Source: Setoptus koraiensis
Taxonomy: Eukaryota; Animalia; Arthropoda
Direction: 5' to 3'
Assembly: GCA_048013815.1 (NCBI GenBank)
Contig: CM106586.1
Location: 13,206,001 to 13,270,000, forward strand
Length of the DNA stretch: 64,000 nucleotides
Position 1 is the stretch's first letter, and every line of letters begins with the position of its first letter. Below the pieces are notes generated by a model. That model saw only the letters and a list, made by a program, of their open reading frames with translations, made no database searches and was not told the DNA's origin. Shown in pieces: positions 1-12,967 of the stretch. The translations under genes and the position numbers were made by a program.

Positions 1-3000
1 TGGCGCTGACCGTTGGCCGGTTGTGTTGCGCAACATAACAGTTGGACAGTTAGTTTGGCCGAGGACAGTTGACCAAATTGAATTGCAAGTGGCTCACTAT
101 TAGCCACTATTAGACGACGCCGGCCCGACTGTGTGCCGAATGAGAATTAGTGTCGGCGAAAGGTGCCGCCGCCGCCTACCCGTCGGGGCCCACACAGTCG
201 TGCCCCCCAGAAAAGGGCGCTCGCACACGACGGGCACGCAGCCCAAAGGGCGAGCGGGCGCCCGAACGAGCAGCCAAACAAACGGCGATTGTCATTAGCT
301 GGCCGGTCATGGGCTCCGGCCAGCACGCCGACGACGACGACGCCGACGACGCCGACGACGAGCATAAATGAGCGAGCGTGCTGTTGTTTGCAAATGATGC
401 AACTTGCATCATTGGCCTCACGCGCGGCCCCAAATCCAAATCAATGCAAATGAAAGCCGATAGATGATTCGCATATCGCGCGGCCCGGCCGGTGGGCACT
501 GATTGAAATGACACTTGCACGCTTGCCGCACGCCGTCATGCAGTTCCTAATGGGGCCCATTCGCATGCGGGCCGGCGCGCGCGCCACTGCCAATGCTGCC
601 AAATCTGCAAATTTGTCTGCTTCGGATATCCGTTCGGCTCGGTCCGTCGGCGGCCGTTCGCTGCCCGACCGAACAAACAAGCCCGCTCTGCTGGGCAAGA
701 TATTGGGCTGATTTATGGTTGATTATCCGCCGTGCCGCCGCCGCCAATAACTGCGGCCCGTCGGTCGGTTCGGCTCGAGCCGCTGGCGAGTCGCGTGCGC
801 TCATATGTCGGCCGTCGCGAATCGAGTTTGTTTGTCGCCAGTGCGGGCCAGTGACGGAAACGACGCCATTGACGGCAATGGGCTATTAGCCGGCAGTGGC
901 AGTAATGTTAAAAAATTGTCATTACTCGCGCAGTTGGCCCCGCTACTAACAAGTTGTTGGCGCGACCATTCCGGCCGTCCGCCAACGACCGAGATCCGCC
1001 AACGGCCGCCGACTGTCCGATGCGCGCAATCAGTGAGCCCAAAAACAGCGGCCAGCCCAGGCCGATCGGGCCCCAAACTAGGCCACACTAATACGCGCGC
1101 GCGCGCGCGCGTCACTCAATCTTATCTCTGGTCGGTGCGCGCGTTACGTTTGCCAGCGCCAGCCATCCATCTATTCGATTCTCGATTTGATTTTATCCAG
1201 CGATATATCTGGATAAAAAGAAGAAGTAAACACCGAGCGTGCAGCGCTTTCTTCTCGCGTTTCTTTGCAGCAAATTTATTATCTTCTGCCATGTTTAGTA
1301 TCTCCTCGGGCGCGTCCTCGCGTCAGCCACTGCGTGCATCGGAAGGGGCCCCGCAACAGTGACACTGGCTGGCTGGCGGATCTCGGCGGAAAGTCGCTTG
1401 TGGGGCCCCCACTCCACTGGGCCGAGGGTTTCATTGGGCTGAGGGCTCTATTAGGGCCCTCAGCCAGTTTCGTGTCATGGGCTCGTTCGGCTGGCTGACG
1501 GCGTCTGGCGGCGCCATTCGCCCGTTGACTGGCGAGTGCGCTCCATCTGTCTGCCTGGGCACGGCGCGCGAGATGCGCCAAGATGGATGCTCAAATTCTA
1601 ACCGGGGCCCCGTGCCTATCTGGCGGCCCCATCAGCTCGCCCCATCGTCTGGGGCTCGCTCGCTCGTCTCATGCTAATAACAATACAAATGTTGTTCCGT
1701 TGTTGGCGCCAGCCACGCCAGCGCCCAAAAGGCAGCCAGTTATGCGCTTAGTTTATATGCAAATTAGTACACTTGAGTTGGTGCGAGCGGGGGCTCCGTC
1801 GCCAGTGCGTGTTTGCAACTTTCGATCTCTTCATTTGCCTTCATTTGGCCTCGCTGTCGGCCACCCGCTTGCCCGCTCTCTCGCTGCCTGCGAGCTCGTC
1901 TATCGGGCTCCCTTCTCGTCTCTAGGCGGCCCGTGCCCTTTGCGAGCGGTTGTTTATAAGAGCGGGCGCGGGTCCCGTTGGTGTCAGTGTGAGATAAATA
2001 ATACAAAAATAAAAAATGGCTCGTCGCGCCGCGCGTGTGTCGCCCCAGTTGGGGCGCCCAGTTGGGCGAACGGTATGCATAGCAGCGCGTGCATGTCTGG
2101 CGAATAATATTGTGTGCAAATAGTTTAAATAGATTGATAGAGATTCTCAAACGAGTTGCTCTCTCTCTCTCTATTTATGTGTGCAGATCAGGAATGAGGC
2201 GCGGGCCCCACAACTGCCTATATGGTGGGCCAAATCGCCGCCGCTTATATCGCAGCCGGATAAATCGGGCTGGAAACGTGCGCGACGGGCGCGGGCGTCA
2301 GTATAAACAAACCGACAATATTTGGTTTGATTTCAGCCAAAGCGGCGGCAGCTACACGTCGGCCGCTTTGGCGACTTTAGCCGGATCGACTTTAGCTGGC
2401 ACCCAAACTGGCTGCCAAATAGGCTCTCGAAATAGCAAAATGCTAAACCATTTACCACCTGAATAAATGGCGCCCATGAATACTGCGAGACTGCTAATAA
2501 TCGGATATCGGTTCCGAGGAGCGCGCCTTGGCGCAAATCTCGTCGTCGTGCACGGATTTTGCAGCCTACTCCTGATGAATATCAATTGTTTTTCATGTTT
2601 GTCGAAACTGTTTTAAGAGGAGCTGCCAAGTTGCCTGCTGCCCTCCAAGTTGTTGTTTGTTTTGGCGACCGCTCCACTCCACGCGTGTGTCGCCCCCCAG
2701 TCTGGCTGAGCCGTCTCGTCGGGCGCACCGTCATCATTCTTCGTTTTGTTTCGTCTCGAGCGTCTCACTTCTTCTGCCTTGGCCCCATCTTGGCCTCGCC
2801 TTGGCCTCGTCTCTGGCCCCATCTCCTGGCCCTCGTCTGCTGACATGCCAGGCCACTGCAGCCAGCCGTGTTTGCCCTTTGTTGTTTGCCATCTATCAAT
2901 CACAATCTAGCCGGCGATAGGGGCGGCTAGAGCTGAGAGAGTTGAGCGGGCCCCAGCAGCAGCAGCAGATAATGCAGATATCATACTCGTCTGGCCATAC

Positions 3001-4078
3001 CAATTTTCGCTCGACAGGCTCGTATAAGCACATAATATATATATGAGGCATATATTAAAAACAAAACTTGTCCCGCTGACCCCGGCACAAGTTTTGTGCC
3101 GGGCGTCCCGCGGTGCGGCCGGCCCGACGCAACACGATACATGGCTCGGTATATATATATCATATCCGTGCGCGTACCTTGGCGCGCACATTTCTGATGG
3201 GGGCCCATTCGGGGGCCCATATTCGCAGGCCGGCATGCAAACACGGCCGCACTGTGATTTATGGGGTTGCAACGGGTTCGCTGTTGATTCGTGATGAACG
3301 TCCAGCGAGACTATTCAAGCGAGCAAACCAATCATTTATTCACCACTCTGGCGTCGCATCCGCAACTCTGAGAACTATCACAAAGCGACCAACTGTCCGA
3401 GGGGCGCACCAGAGCACCAGAGCACCAGAGATCTTTTCGCCGGTGTGTGGCCAGTCTTGGCCAGTATCTTTGCGCCAATATCCGCCAGTCTTTGCGCCAA
3501 TATCCGCCAGGCTCGCGCATGCCACCAATCAGTGCCACCAATCCGCCGGCCAATAAAATAATAGTGACAGTAATATAACCTCTGCCTAGCTGTCCGCTGG
3601 CTCTCAACAATATCCGCTTGCACCGGCACACGCCGCATATCCACTGATATCCATTATTCATGATCGCATTATTCTTATTTATGCGCCTTATTTCTTTTCC
3701 CCCAAATTATCCAATGCCGCGCTCGCCCAAACCGTATATCCGCCGCGCTGCCGCAATCGTGTCACGTCACAAATTTCATCGGCGCGCCAATATTGTCGCG
3801 GGGCCCCACATGATGATATTATGTTGCAATGTTGTGCGCGCGCCGTTCGGGATTACGCAACCAACGAAACGCAACCAACGAAACAAAACCAACGAAACGC
3901 AACCAACGAAACAAAACCAACGCAACCATAATAATAATAATAATAATAATAATGATGATGATAATAATAAAAATAATTATGATGATAATAATCGTCATGA
4001 TAAACGCAACAATAATGCCGCTAATGATGATTATTGTGGCCATTATCGCCATCTAAACAACGTGATTAACCAAATTAG

Positions 4079-7000
4079 GATATTTATGCGCGGCGCTCGC
4101 GGAGGTCACGGTCTCAACGGTTTGGGCGGCCCGGGCGCCAGCCTGAGCGCCGTGTTCCGCTGGACAAAGGGACAGGTTCTGTATTTGAGCGTGGGCAGGC
4201 GCGGCCAGGACGCCTGTCCGTCTGCGTCTCCGTCCGTCAAATGGCCCGCCGCCGCCACCGCCGCCGGCAACACCAAACCCGTCGGGCCCGCCACTACCGT
4301 CCAGCCGCCGTCGCCGCTCGAAAGTGGCGCCGCGGCTCTCGGGCCGCCGCCGCCGCCGCCGCCACAAACAACCGGCGGCCCATTAGCATCACCATTAACG
4401 TTACCATTAACGGCCACACATGAATCATCATCACCATCAGTGGCGGGTCCCGAGTGGTGCCGAGGCCCGCTGGGCTTTGTCGACGAGCAGCTAAAAAAGA
4501 ATCTCATCAATCACCAGAGCGGTGGCGGAGGCGGAGGTGGCGCCACCTATCTGTTCATTAGCAACAAATTGGATCAGTTAGACCGGCCGCAACAACAACA
4601 GCAACAACAACAACAACCGTTGCAACAGCAACTACTCAAGTTGCAACGAGTGAAAGCCGATCGAAAGCGAAACGAACAACTTCAATTACAACAAGGTGCC
4701 AGCTTGGAACCCTCATTGTCATCGAAATCACAGCCACAGCTGACCAGCAACGAGCCCCCGGTACCGGGCCCCACTCTGGCGCAGGTAATGATGTCGCACG
4801 CGTCGGAGAGCGGCCGAGTGGGCGACGCAATAGTTGAAACTGAACCGGGCAACAAGAGTGCCCAATTGAGCCCAATTCAGAAATTGCTCGACGACACCCG
4901 ACTGCTAACGCCATCTGGTGTGGGCCCCAATGGCGCCCAATTGCCAATTCAGCAATCCGATTATTATTATTATGTCTCGTCCGACGATTACTCCACCGCC
5001 GATCAGCCTATACCGCTGGCCATAGCTGCAGGCGGCGGTGGCGGTACCTTCTCAGTGAAACCGGACAATTACTATCAGGCCAATGGGGGCCACGGGCGCG
5101 GACTGCCCATGACCTACGAGGATCAGATCAACATGGCAGCGCAAGTTGTTCAACTGGACGCCTTTCAGCCCCGGTCGCTAGCGCCGAATACAATTCCGGC
5201 AGCGGGCGATTCAGCAGCCGATGTCGGTGGTCATTCTTCTAGCGGCTCGGAGGTCGTAAGGCGATCCGATCAATTGTTGGGCCATAATTGGGGCGCAAAT
5301 TGGCACGTCAACGTGTTGAATTTATCCGAAGTGAGCTATTTGAGTAACAGTGGCCCGCTCAAGGGGGTCGCCGCTTCGGGTCACGTGATATCGCAGCCGG
5401 ATTCGTTCATTTTGAAACCGCCCGACTATCCACATCCGAGCCTGGCGCTGAGTGCGGGCGGATACGGCGGATCCACCTGTCCGCAGACAATCCGTTCCTC
5501 TGAAGATTCAACTGTGATAACTAACGCCAACACTGTGGCCTCTGGCGGATACGGTGGTGGCGGAGCCGGGTGCGTGTGGGGCGGCGGCGGTGGCGGCCAC
5601 ATGGGCGGCCGGCCGGGCAGACCCGGTTTTGGGGCCGAGGGAGGCACGAGTTTTGTTCACAGGGATCTCGCGTTGAGCCTGACGATGGACACCGAAGCCA
5701 GCCGAGCCAGTCTAATTAGCAGCGGTGCCATGATGGAGAGCATGGCCAAAATAAGTGACCAACCAAATGAGGAGCCTGGCGAGGATTCTCCGTCGCGACC
5801 AACTGTGTCTGGGCGCGACAACAACATGTATCCGTTGTTCAAAAGGGCCCCAGGCGACAACTTAAGATGGTTCGAGGCAGCCAATTCGCCTGCCAGCAGC
5901 CGGGGAGACGCTCTGAAAAGAGAAGTGGCCTTCGGGGGCGACCTGCCGTCAGAGCTGCTCGGCAGCGACGGAAAGAGACCTCGAGGCGCTGATTGGACCA
6001 ATATCAAAGCATTTGACGGGCACCTCGATCTAGATGGCGATGGCGAAATAATGATAATGTATCAATTGGAGAATTGCTGTGATTCAAAAAAATATCCGTG
6101 CGTCATAGCGAACAGTTTGCGCCAAGATGCCCTGGCGACGACGCCCAGAAACGAATCCTCTGCCGGCCAATCTGTGGACAATTTTGACACGCTGGTCAAG
6201 CGTTGTTTGTGTCCGGACGGAACTCTTCGTTTGAGTTCTTGCCAGGGTAAGTGGGCCTCAATGAGCGCCTCTGAATCGAGCTGCCCGACTGATTATTCAA
6301 AATATAATGATTGTATGTAATATTGTCTACTTCCACATTGTCCGCACAGTTCCCCGGGACCTCAAGGAGTTATTGTTGAACATTGTGAGATCGCCAATCT
6401 CGCTGTTTGGATTTTTCATGACAGTGTTCATTGTGTATCTCGTGATGTTCTCATCCAAATGTGAGTTGCTCGCCTATTCAACCTTTTTGCTGGCGCGAGC
6501 TCCCGGAGCCGTCCCTTCGGACGCTCGCGGAAATCGCTCGAAATCTCCGATCTCGCGCTATCTTATTAATCTTGCACCAATTTACTAATTTAATCACTTG
6601 TTGCCACTGCCGACACAGGTGAGCCGATCCGGTACAAACTGTTGCCCTTCTACTACAAGCGAAGCCATCTAAAGAAGCGCCAAAAATACTGGGACAGCAC
6701 CTTCAACGGCTACGACTACCGCAACGGGCGCGAAATGGGGCCCCTAAATTCGTTGCTGTCCGCGAGCGATCAACAATTGGCACGAATACGTCATTTGAGG
6801 GGCCGCCAAATAAACGAGAATCCCAATTATCTGTCCGCAAGCGACAGTAAAACATTGGCGGCTCAACTGCACAGCTATCAATTGAATCGCCAGCGGCTCA
6901 CTCTGGCCGCTTCGCTCGGCAAGGGTGCATTCGGCGAGGTATTCCAGGGATACCTGTCGGGCGGGTACGCCTGGCTGTCCGAATTGCAACAGCAACAACA

Positions 7001-9729
7001 CAACCAGCAGCACCAGAACCAGCAGCACCAGAACCAGCAGCAACATCACGAGAGCGAGCAGCAGCCGCACCGACAGAAGGGGCCCGTTTCCATGAGCAAC
7101 GCCAGCCTGTGCACCGAAACCTTTCAGAACGGGACCTCGGGCCTGGGTACGCTAAGCAGCGCCGCCTCGTCGATAATAACCAATCGGTCGACAATACCGC
7201 TGGTGTCGCGCTTGGACCACAAACTGAAACATAAGCAGCAAAAGCAGCAACAACAGCACCAGCAACAATCGCACCAGCGCTCGGTGCGCGACAACCAAAA
7301 AACCAGGGCCCAAGCGGCCAGCCAAAACAAGAGCTCGTATTTGCCGCTGGTGACCAGCCAGACGGACGGCTCGCACCAGTCGTTTGACCTGTCACTGAAT
7401 GGCGTCGACAACGAGCTGGCGCTCGACAACAACAGCAGCAACAACAACGTGGACGACGCTGCAAATCTGTTGCAGCAACCCATTGACACAAGCGACTCGC
7501 TACCTGTTGCCGTCAAGACCCTCAGCAGCGACAACAGAATGAGCAGCGCCGATTTCAAGCAGGAGGCGCTCAATATGTCGCTTGTGTCGCATAGGAACAT
7601 TGTTAAATTGATTGGGGTTTGTTTCGAGGACGACCCGCTGTACATTGTGATGGAGCTGTTGCCCGGCGGAAATTTAAAGAATTTTCTGCTGCAAAACAGA
7701 GACACTCCGCTGCGTCCGACACAATTGTGCATGGGCGATTTGTTGGTGTTTGCGCTAGATATCGCCAGAGGCTTGAATTATCTGCAAGCGAAACATTTTA
7801 TACATCGCGACTTGGCCGCGCGCAATTGCCTGCTGTCGTCGGCCAGCAAAAATTTCTACGATTCCATCACGCTGTTGGGTTTCAACAGCACCGCGCTCAA
7901 CAGTCCGTCGCCCACCAATCACCGACAACAACAACAACAACAGCTAGACAACAACAACGGCCCGCACAGCGTCGAGGGCCAGCCCGTGCCGGAAGTGGGC
8001 GGCCATCAGCGCAGCGGGTCGCCTTCGTGTCTGTCGCTGGCCGCGGCCGGCGCCGGCGGCCCCTCTCACCGGGCCCGGCTGACGGGAGCGCGCTCTTTCG
8101 TGGGCTCGGCCCCGTCGGCCGCCGACGTTCAGGCCAATCATCGGGTGGACATTGAAAAGGTTTACACGAACGGATATCAGAACAGCAACATAGTGGCGAA
8201 AATAGCCGACTTTGGAATGGTGCGCGACATCTACAAGAACGACTACTATCGCAACGCGCAACGAGAAATGCCAGGTGAGTTGCATAATTGCATTGGCGCC
8301 ATTTCGCCATTACAAATTTGTTAGTTTGAGCCGCGTCTCGTGGCGTGGCTCAACTAACAAATTTGCGAGTGGCCGCTAAAGTCGCTATAGTCATTTGTAT
8401 AATCTGCTAATAATCTCATAATGAACCTCTGACTCGCTGTTTTTCTCACACCGCTCGCACTGGATCGGGACGCTGGCGACGCTGATCATGTCTTTGGCGT
8501 CGTTCCAAACAAATTAAATGTATAATAATATAATAATTAAATGTATAATGATATAATTATTAAATATGTACGGCCAATGTCCGGCCGCAGTCCGCTGGAT
8601 GGCGCCCGAGTGCTGCCTGGACGCCGTGTACACCACCAAATCCGACGTCTGGTCCTTCGGCATTCTGTTGTGGGAGGTGATGTCGATGGGCCAGATGCCG
8701 TACCAGAATCTGCTCGAGAACCAGAAGGTGATTGAGTTCATTAGTAGGCGACGCATGAAGACGGTTAGCCCGACGAGCAACAACTCGAATCAGCCTCAAT
8801 GTTCTGACAGTGTCAATGTGACCACGCCAAATTCAATGCCAACCGACAACCAGGCCGCCATCGTAAATGACGCGGACGTTGGCGTTAGCGGCCAGCAACG
8901 CCAACAAGCGCCAACGGACACCATATGCGCTAATAACAACGGGCAACAATTACAGGAGCCACAACAAAAACAACAGCTCGAGCCTCCCCTGCCCATGCCC
9001 CATCAGAACACCCCGTGGCAGGTCTATTCGATTATGTGCTCTTGTTGGGCCTCAAATCCGGACGACAGACCCCAATTCGACGACATAACGGAGCGATTGT
9101 ATTTGTGTTTGCAAAACGAGGACATACTTAACACACCGTTGCCCTGTTTCGCTGACATATCGCACGCGACGCCCACGCCGACACCCACGCCAACGCCCAC
9201 GCCGACCCCATCTGAGCTGACATCGGCATGGAGGATCAATCAGCAGCACAATGGCGGCTTGCTGAGCCACAGTGGCCAGCAACGAATAGCCGGTGCGAAT
9301 AATAAAAATAATCAACAGCAACAACAACAACAATTAGATACTCACAACCAAAGCCAGCGTGCCTTTGATTCGCCAAGAGCAAAACCACCTTTTAGCGCCA
9401 CTGACCAGGCCAATTCGCCAATCGGTTTGTATACTAACAACGAATTGCCATTGAGTGTGGACAATTTGCTCAATGTCGTTAAATACGAGAACAACAACAA
9501 CAACAACAACGATAGTCGATTTAAAAATACACAACAGCAACAATTAACCAGCGGCTACAGCAATAATCCCACTGATCAGGCCATCAATCAATTGAACTTG
9601 ATCAGTTTGGATCAGTCTACGAAACGGGCCACAAGTGACAGTGATGATATAGCCCGCTGTACAGCCACAAATAAGGACAACGAAGCTAAAATTGATACGG
9701 ATAGTGACTACTTGACGCCAAATATCTGA
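4079..9729 (+). CDS. Alk: ALK/LTK-family receptor tyrosine kinase, 5'-incomplete model; exons 4079-6246, 6350-6460, 6619-8274, 8591-9729
   Basis: Glycine-rich ectodomain ([38 protein letters not shown]), Cys-rich EGF-like stretch and TM helix ([18 protein letters not shown]). Kinase motifs [36 protein letters not shown] (ALK-type YxxxYY loop) and VRWMAPE. Three GT-AG introns (103, 158, 316 nt) join the ORF-track pieces in frame, all phase 1. Upstream exons not identified. Confidence 0.92.
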
Positions 9730-10744
9730 TTGGCTCAATATGACATGCAATCATGTTCAATAAATCCGACACAGAGGTTGTGTGCAAAACGTATTTCGTT
9801 TTATGCAATTGTTCGACGTTGTTAATCAATTGATTATTGTTATACTATTTATATACTATTGTAATTATGTAATTATGCCACTTGTTGTACGACAGCTTGA
9901 CACATAGCGAAATATTCTATTTTGTTCTATTCTTATATCACATTGTATCATATATATATGACAACACCAAACACATTAAATGCACACGATATACAGTATG
10001 CAATTACTATACTTTGCATGTACTACTTTGATAAATATCTGGTTGTTCTTTGATGTTGGTCCTTTATATTAGTCTTTTATATTGGTCTTATATATTAATC
10101 TTTTGTATTAGTCTTTTGTATTGGCACACAGGTAGGCACATTCACATGTTGAGTGTCGACACAGTGACAGAAGATTCAAAGTTAAAGTTGAACTTAAAAC
10201 CACTCGCTGCTCTTTATCCTGTTGTCCACTAGATTAGTAAGTCGGCATAATACCAGACCAATGGTTCTCGCTCAAGCTAACATGTTCATTGTCTTAATTA
10301 ATTAATTAATTGCATTAGTCGAATGAATCAGTCACAATCGCTAGAGTCCAATGTCCAGCAAAAAGCAAACTTTACAGTGGGTACAACAGGAGAAAGGGTC
10401 TCAAACGGTTTAATTTACGAGTTGTCTAGTTATAATTCATTTACTCATTCAGCAATTGTGATGATGATGCAACTATCTATACGACTTGATATATTTACTT
10501 GTTGTTGTCGTTGTTGTTGTTGTTGCTGGTGTTGCTGGTGGTGCTGATGGTGTTGTAGTTGGTGTAGTTGCCAGAATTGTGGCGTGATTCTTTTTAGATT
10601 ATGTCTTGCTGTTAGTGATGCGATTGTATTACGTCACTTTTAAATTCATTGTTTGTGTGCAGCTCATCATATTACGTAATAATAAATGTTTCAAATGTTT
10701 CATTTCATCAATTATCAGTCGTTCGCCTCGGCTCACTGCGGAAC

Positions 10745-10990
10745 ACCGATTAACATACCAATTGCATTGTGTCCACCTTATATAGTGGTCGCAACTCGCG
10801 AGCCCTATGTTCAATGTTCACAGTAGTGGTACCGTTATTGCACCTAGCAACTTTGCATAACTGGGTGTGTGTGGTTGCTAGGGAACTAGAGACCACCGTT
10901 GGTAACTATGATTGCGTTGCCTAGTGGACCAAGTGCAGCTGCTTCAGTATTGTTTGGCGCAAGTTGTTGTTGTTGTTGTTGCTGTTGGAA
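10745..10990 (-). promoter_or_regulatory. Copy 1 of duplicated TATA + RFX X-box module
   Basis: Minus-strand TATATAAG at 10777-10784. X-box-like GTTGCTAGGGAAC (10874-10886), GTTGCCTAGTGGAC (10916-10929) and half-site CCTAGCAAC (10843-10851). The same blocks are conserved in copy 2. Confidence 0.6.
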
Positions 10991-11144
10991 TCGCAGTTTG
11001 ATTTTTAGTGTGCGTGTGTATTTATTCTTCTCATTGTTATTATCACTTACACTCTTTAGATGGTAGCTCGCATTCCCGTTATATTCACAATATTACATAT
11101 TAACAACTTTCATCAATGGTTGCGTCCAGACCGACATCACAACA

Positions 11145-11470
11145 CTGATTAAAGCGCCAATTCTATTGTGTCCACCTTATATAGTGGCCAGCGTCACACA
11201 CGAGCTCTGTAGTCGAGCTGCCCAGGTAACTCGTGCATACAGCTCATACGTAATACGTGGCATGTACGTGTTTTTGTGTTGGCCAGTACCTAGCAACTTT
11301 GCATAACCGAATGTGGCCGAACGGTTGCCTAGGAAACTGGACTGGGCAACAAGAGAGTACCGTTGGTTACTATGATTGCGTTGCCTAGTTGACAAAGTGC
11401 AGCTGCTCCAGTTTTGCTCGGTCGCACGTTGTTGTTGTTGTTGCTGTTGTTGTTGCTGTCGTTGTTGCTG
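11145..11470 (-). promoter_or_regulatory. Copy 2 of duplicated TATA + RFX X-box module
   Basis: TATATAAG on minus strand at 11176-11183. GTACCTAGCAAC (11286-11297), GTTGCCTAGGAAAC (11324-11337) and GTTGCCTAGTTGAC (11380-11393). Inr-like TCAGT downstream on the minus strand. Confidence 0.6.
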
Positions 11471-12388
11471 TTGCTGTTGTCGGAACTGCTGGCGGATTCG
11501 CCACGCAACGCAACAGCAATGGACAAAACAAAAGAACCGAAAAGCCGATAAAACTTTGCAGTGCAAAGTTTGCACTAATGTTCCCTACGTAATAATAGAT
11601 GAATAAACAATAACGCCTACTCATACATTAGTAGCGTGTTTGCTGCGGCAATGGCGCCGTCGCCATCGACGAGCTAGCCACCACAACAACAACGGCCACG
11701 AGCACACAACCCAACACGCTCTATCACACGAACAATCTGCAATAACTGACCGATGCAGCTCGTGCAACCCCACCTATGTGGCCAGTTGGTCAGTTGGCTA
11801 TCTGTGTAGCTGTGTGGCCTCACCCACTAATCTATCTATCATACTCTCAATAATGACTATAAATAGGGCTGACTGTTTCTAGCAACACCGGCATTCCCCC
11901 CCCCTCGTTCCTAAATCACGAACTACAAAATTGGTTCACTTTCAGCATGGTCTCGCCAACTACGCCCCTATGCGGCCCCACACTGCCCCTACACGGCCTC
12001 TATACGGCCTCTATACGGCCTCTATGCACTAGGCCAGGTATTTGTGCTCGACGACCGTTTGTATGGGGCACACGTAGGCACATGATGATAAAGTAAATTG
12101 CATAATTGCAGATAGCGAAGCAGTAAAAACGGTCCCTTTTGAATTTGTGACTTTGCGAGCACACACGCATTCAGAGGCGACACATAGAGAGAGAATAGAC
12201 ATACGAATGCAAATGCAAACTTTCAAATGGCTCAGGGGTGGGTCCTCTATTCAGATAATGAGGACCCACCCCAATCATTATCAAAAAATGATAGTGGTGC
12301 AAGGTGGGTGTAGTTTAGTTGGTGTGCGTGCGTGTGTGTGTGAGCGGCTGCGGCGGCGGCCACCACCAGGCGAGGCAAAAAGTTTTAG

Positions 12389-12967
12389 CTAATCATCATC
12401 GGACGCTTTTTGCATCTGATATTTTATTCCCGGTTTTATGTTTGTCGTTTGTTCTTCAATTAGGTTTATAGGAGCCAGAAGAACTCCGCGCTGATGGCGT
12501 CTCGCGCCATGCATTTGCGTTGTGATCGCTCTGCCGGAGAATGGTATAGAATTTTGTTTAAAATGTTCCATCATATGATTGATAGATTGAAATGTCATAT
12601 GTTTAACAATACATTTGTTATCACTGGTTATAGACAATCTTAAATGTTTTGCATTGCCATAACAATTGAACGTGAGCACATACTCTCCCGGTTTAGTTTC
12701 GCTAGGCCTCACCAAATATAGACCGTGACTTTCTAGGCCGTCTTTCAATATGATCCTAGTGGCCTCCTCTCGCGACAGGTGCCTGTTGAACCAGGGATAT
12801 ATGTCGAGTTGGCATTTTGTTGTGTCGTCGTTTTGGTTTTGGCGCCTATGTGATTGTGACGTTGGAGGCGTCTGATGTTTGGGGTCGATATAGACATTCT
12901 TTGAGTTTGATTGCAAGGCTCTAGATTTGCTGAGAGTGCTGTTGTTAAAACTTTGATTCATGCCCAT
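12389..12967 (-). CDS. SH2B/Lnk-type SH2-domain protein (192 aa as seen; may be the last exon of a longer gene)
   Basis: YPWF..LSREEA..IL.DG..SHGLYLVRPSETKPGEYVLTFN..G.AKHLRL matches the SH2B/Lnk SH2 pattern, and the betaB5 Arg is retained. The ATG is directly preceded by a possible acceptor (catag). Confidence 0.8.
   Translation of the reverse strand: MGMNQSFNNSTLSKSRALQSNSKNVYIDPKHQTPPTSQSHRRQNQNDDTTKCQLDIYPWFNRHLSREEATRIILKDGLESHGLYLVRPSETKPGEYVLTFNCYGNAKHLRLSITSDNKCIVKHMTFQSINHMMEHFKQNSIPFSGRAITTQMHGARRHQRGVLLAPINLIEEQTTNIKPGIKYQMQKASDDD

Noticed and set aside
3097-3140. CRASRGAAGPTQ, resembling the ALK CGASGPHGPTQ motif, as an upstream exon
   Set aside because: No good phase-2 donor to join 4079, and the surrounding residues do not match; likely chance in GGCC-rich DNA.
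147-3661. Many 60-185-aa ORFs upstream of ALK, and similar ORFs across 27-41 kb
   Set aside because: GC-rich, stop-poor or microsatellite-derived frames with no recognisable domain; they overlap on both strands.
10768-10788. CCTTATATAG as a CArG box
   Set aside because: One mismatch to CC(A/T)6GG in both copies; a minus-strand TATA reading fits the conserved downstream spacing better. Not fully excluded.
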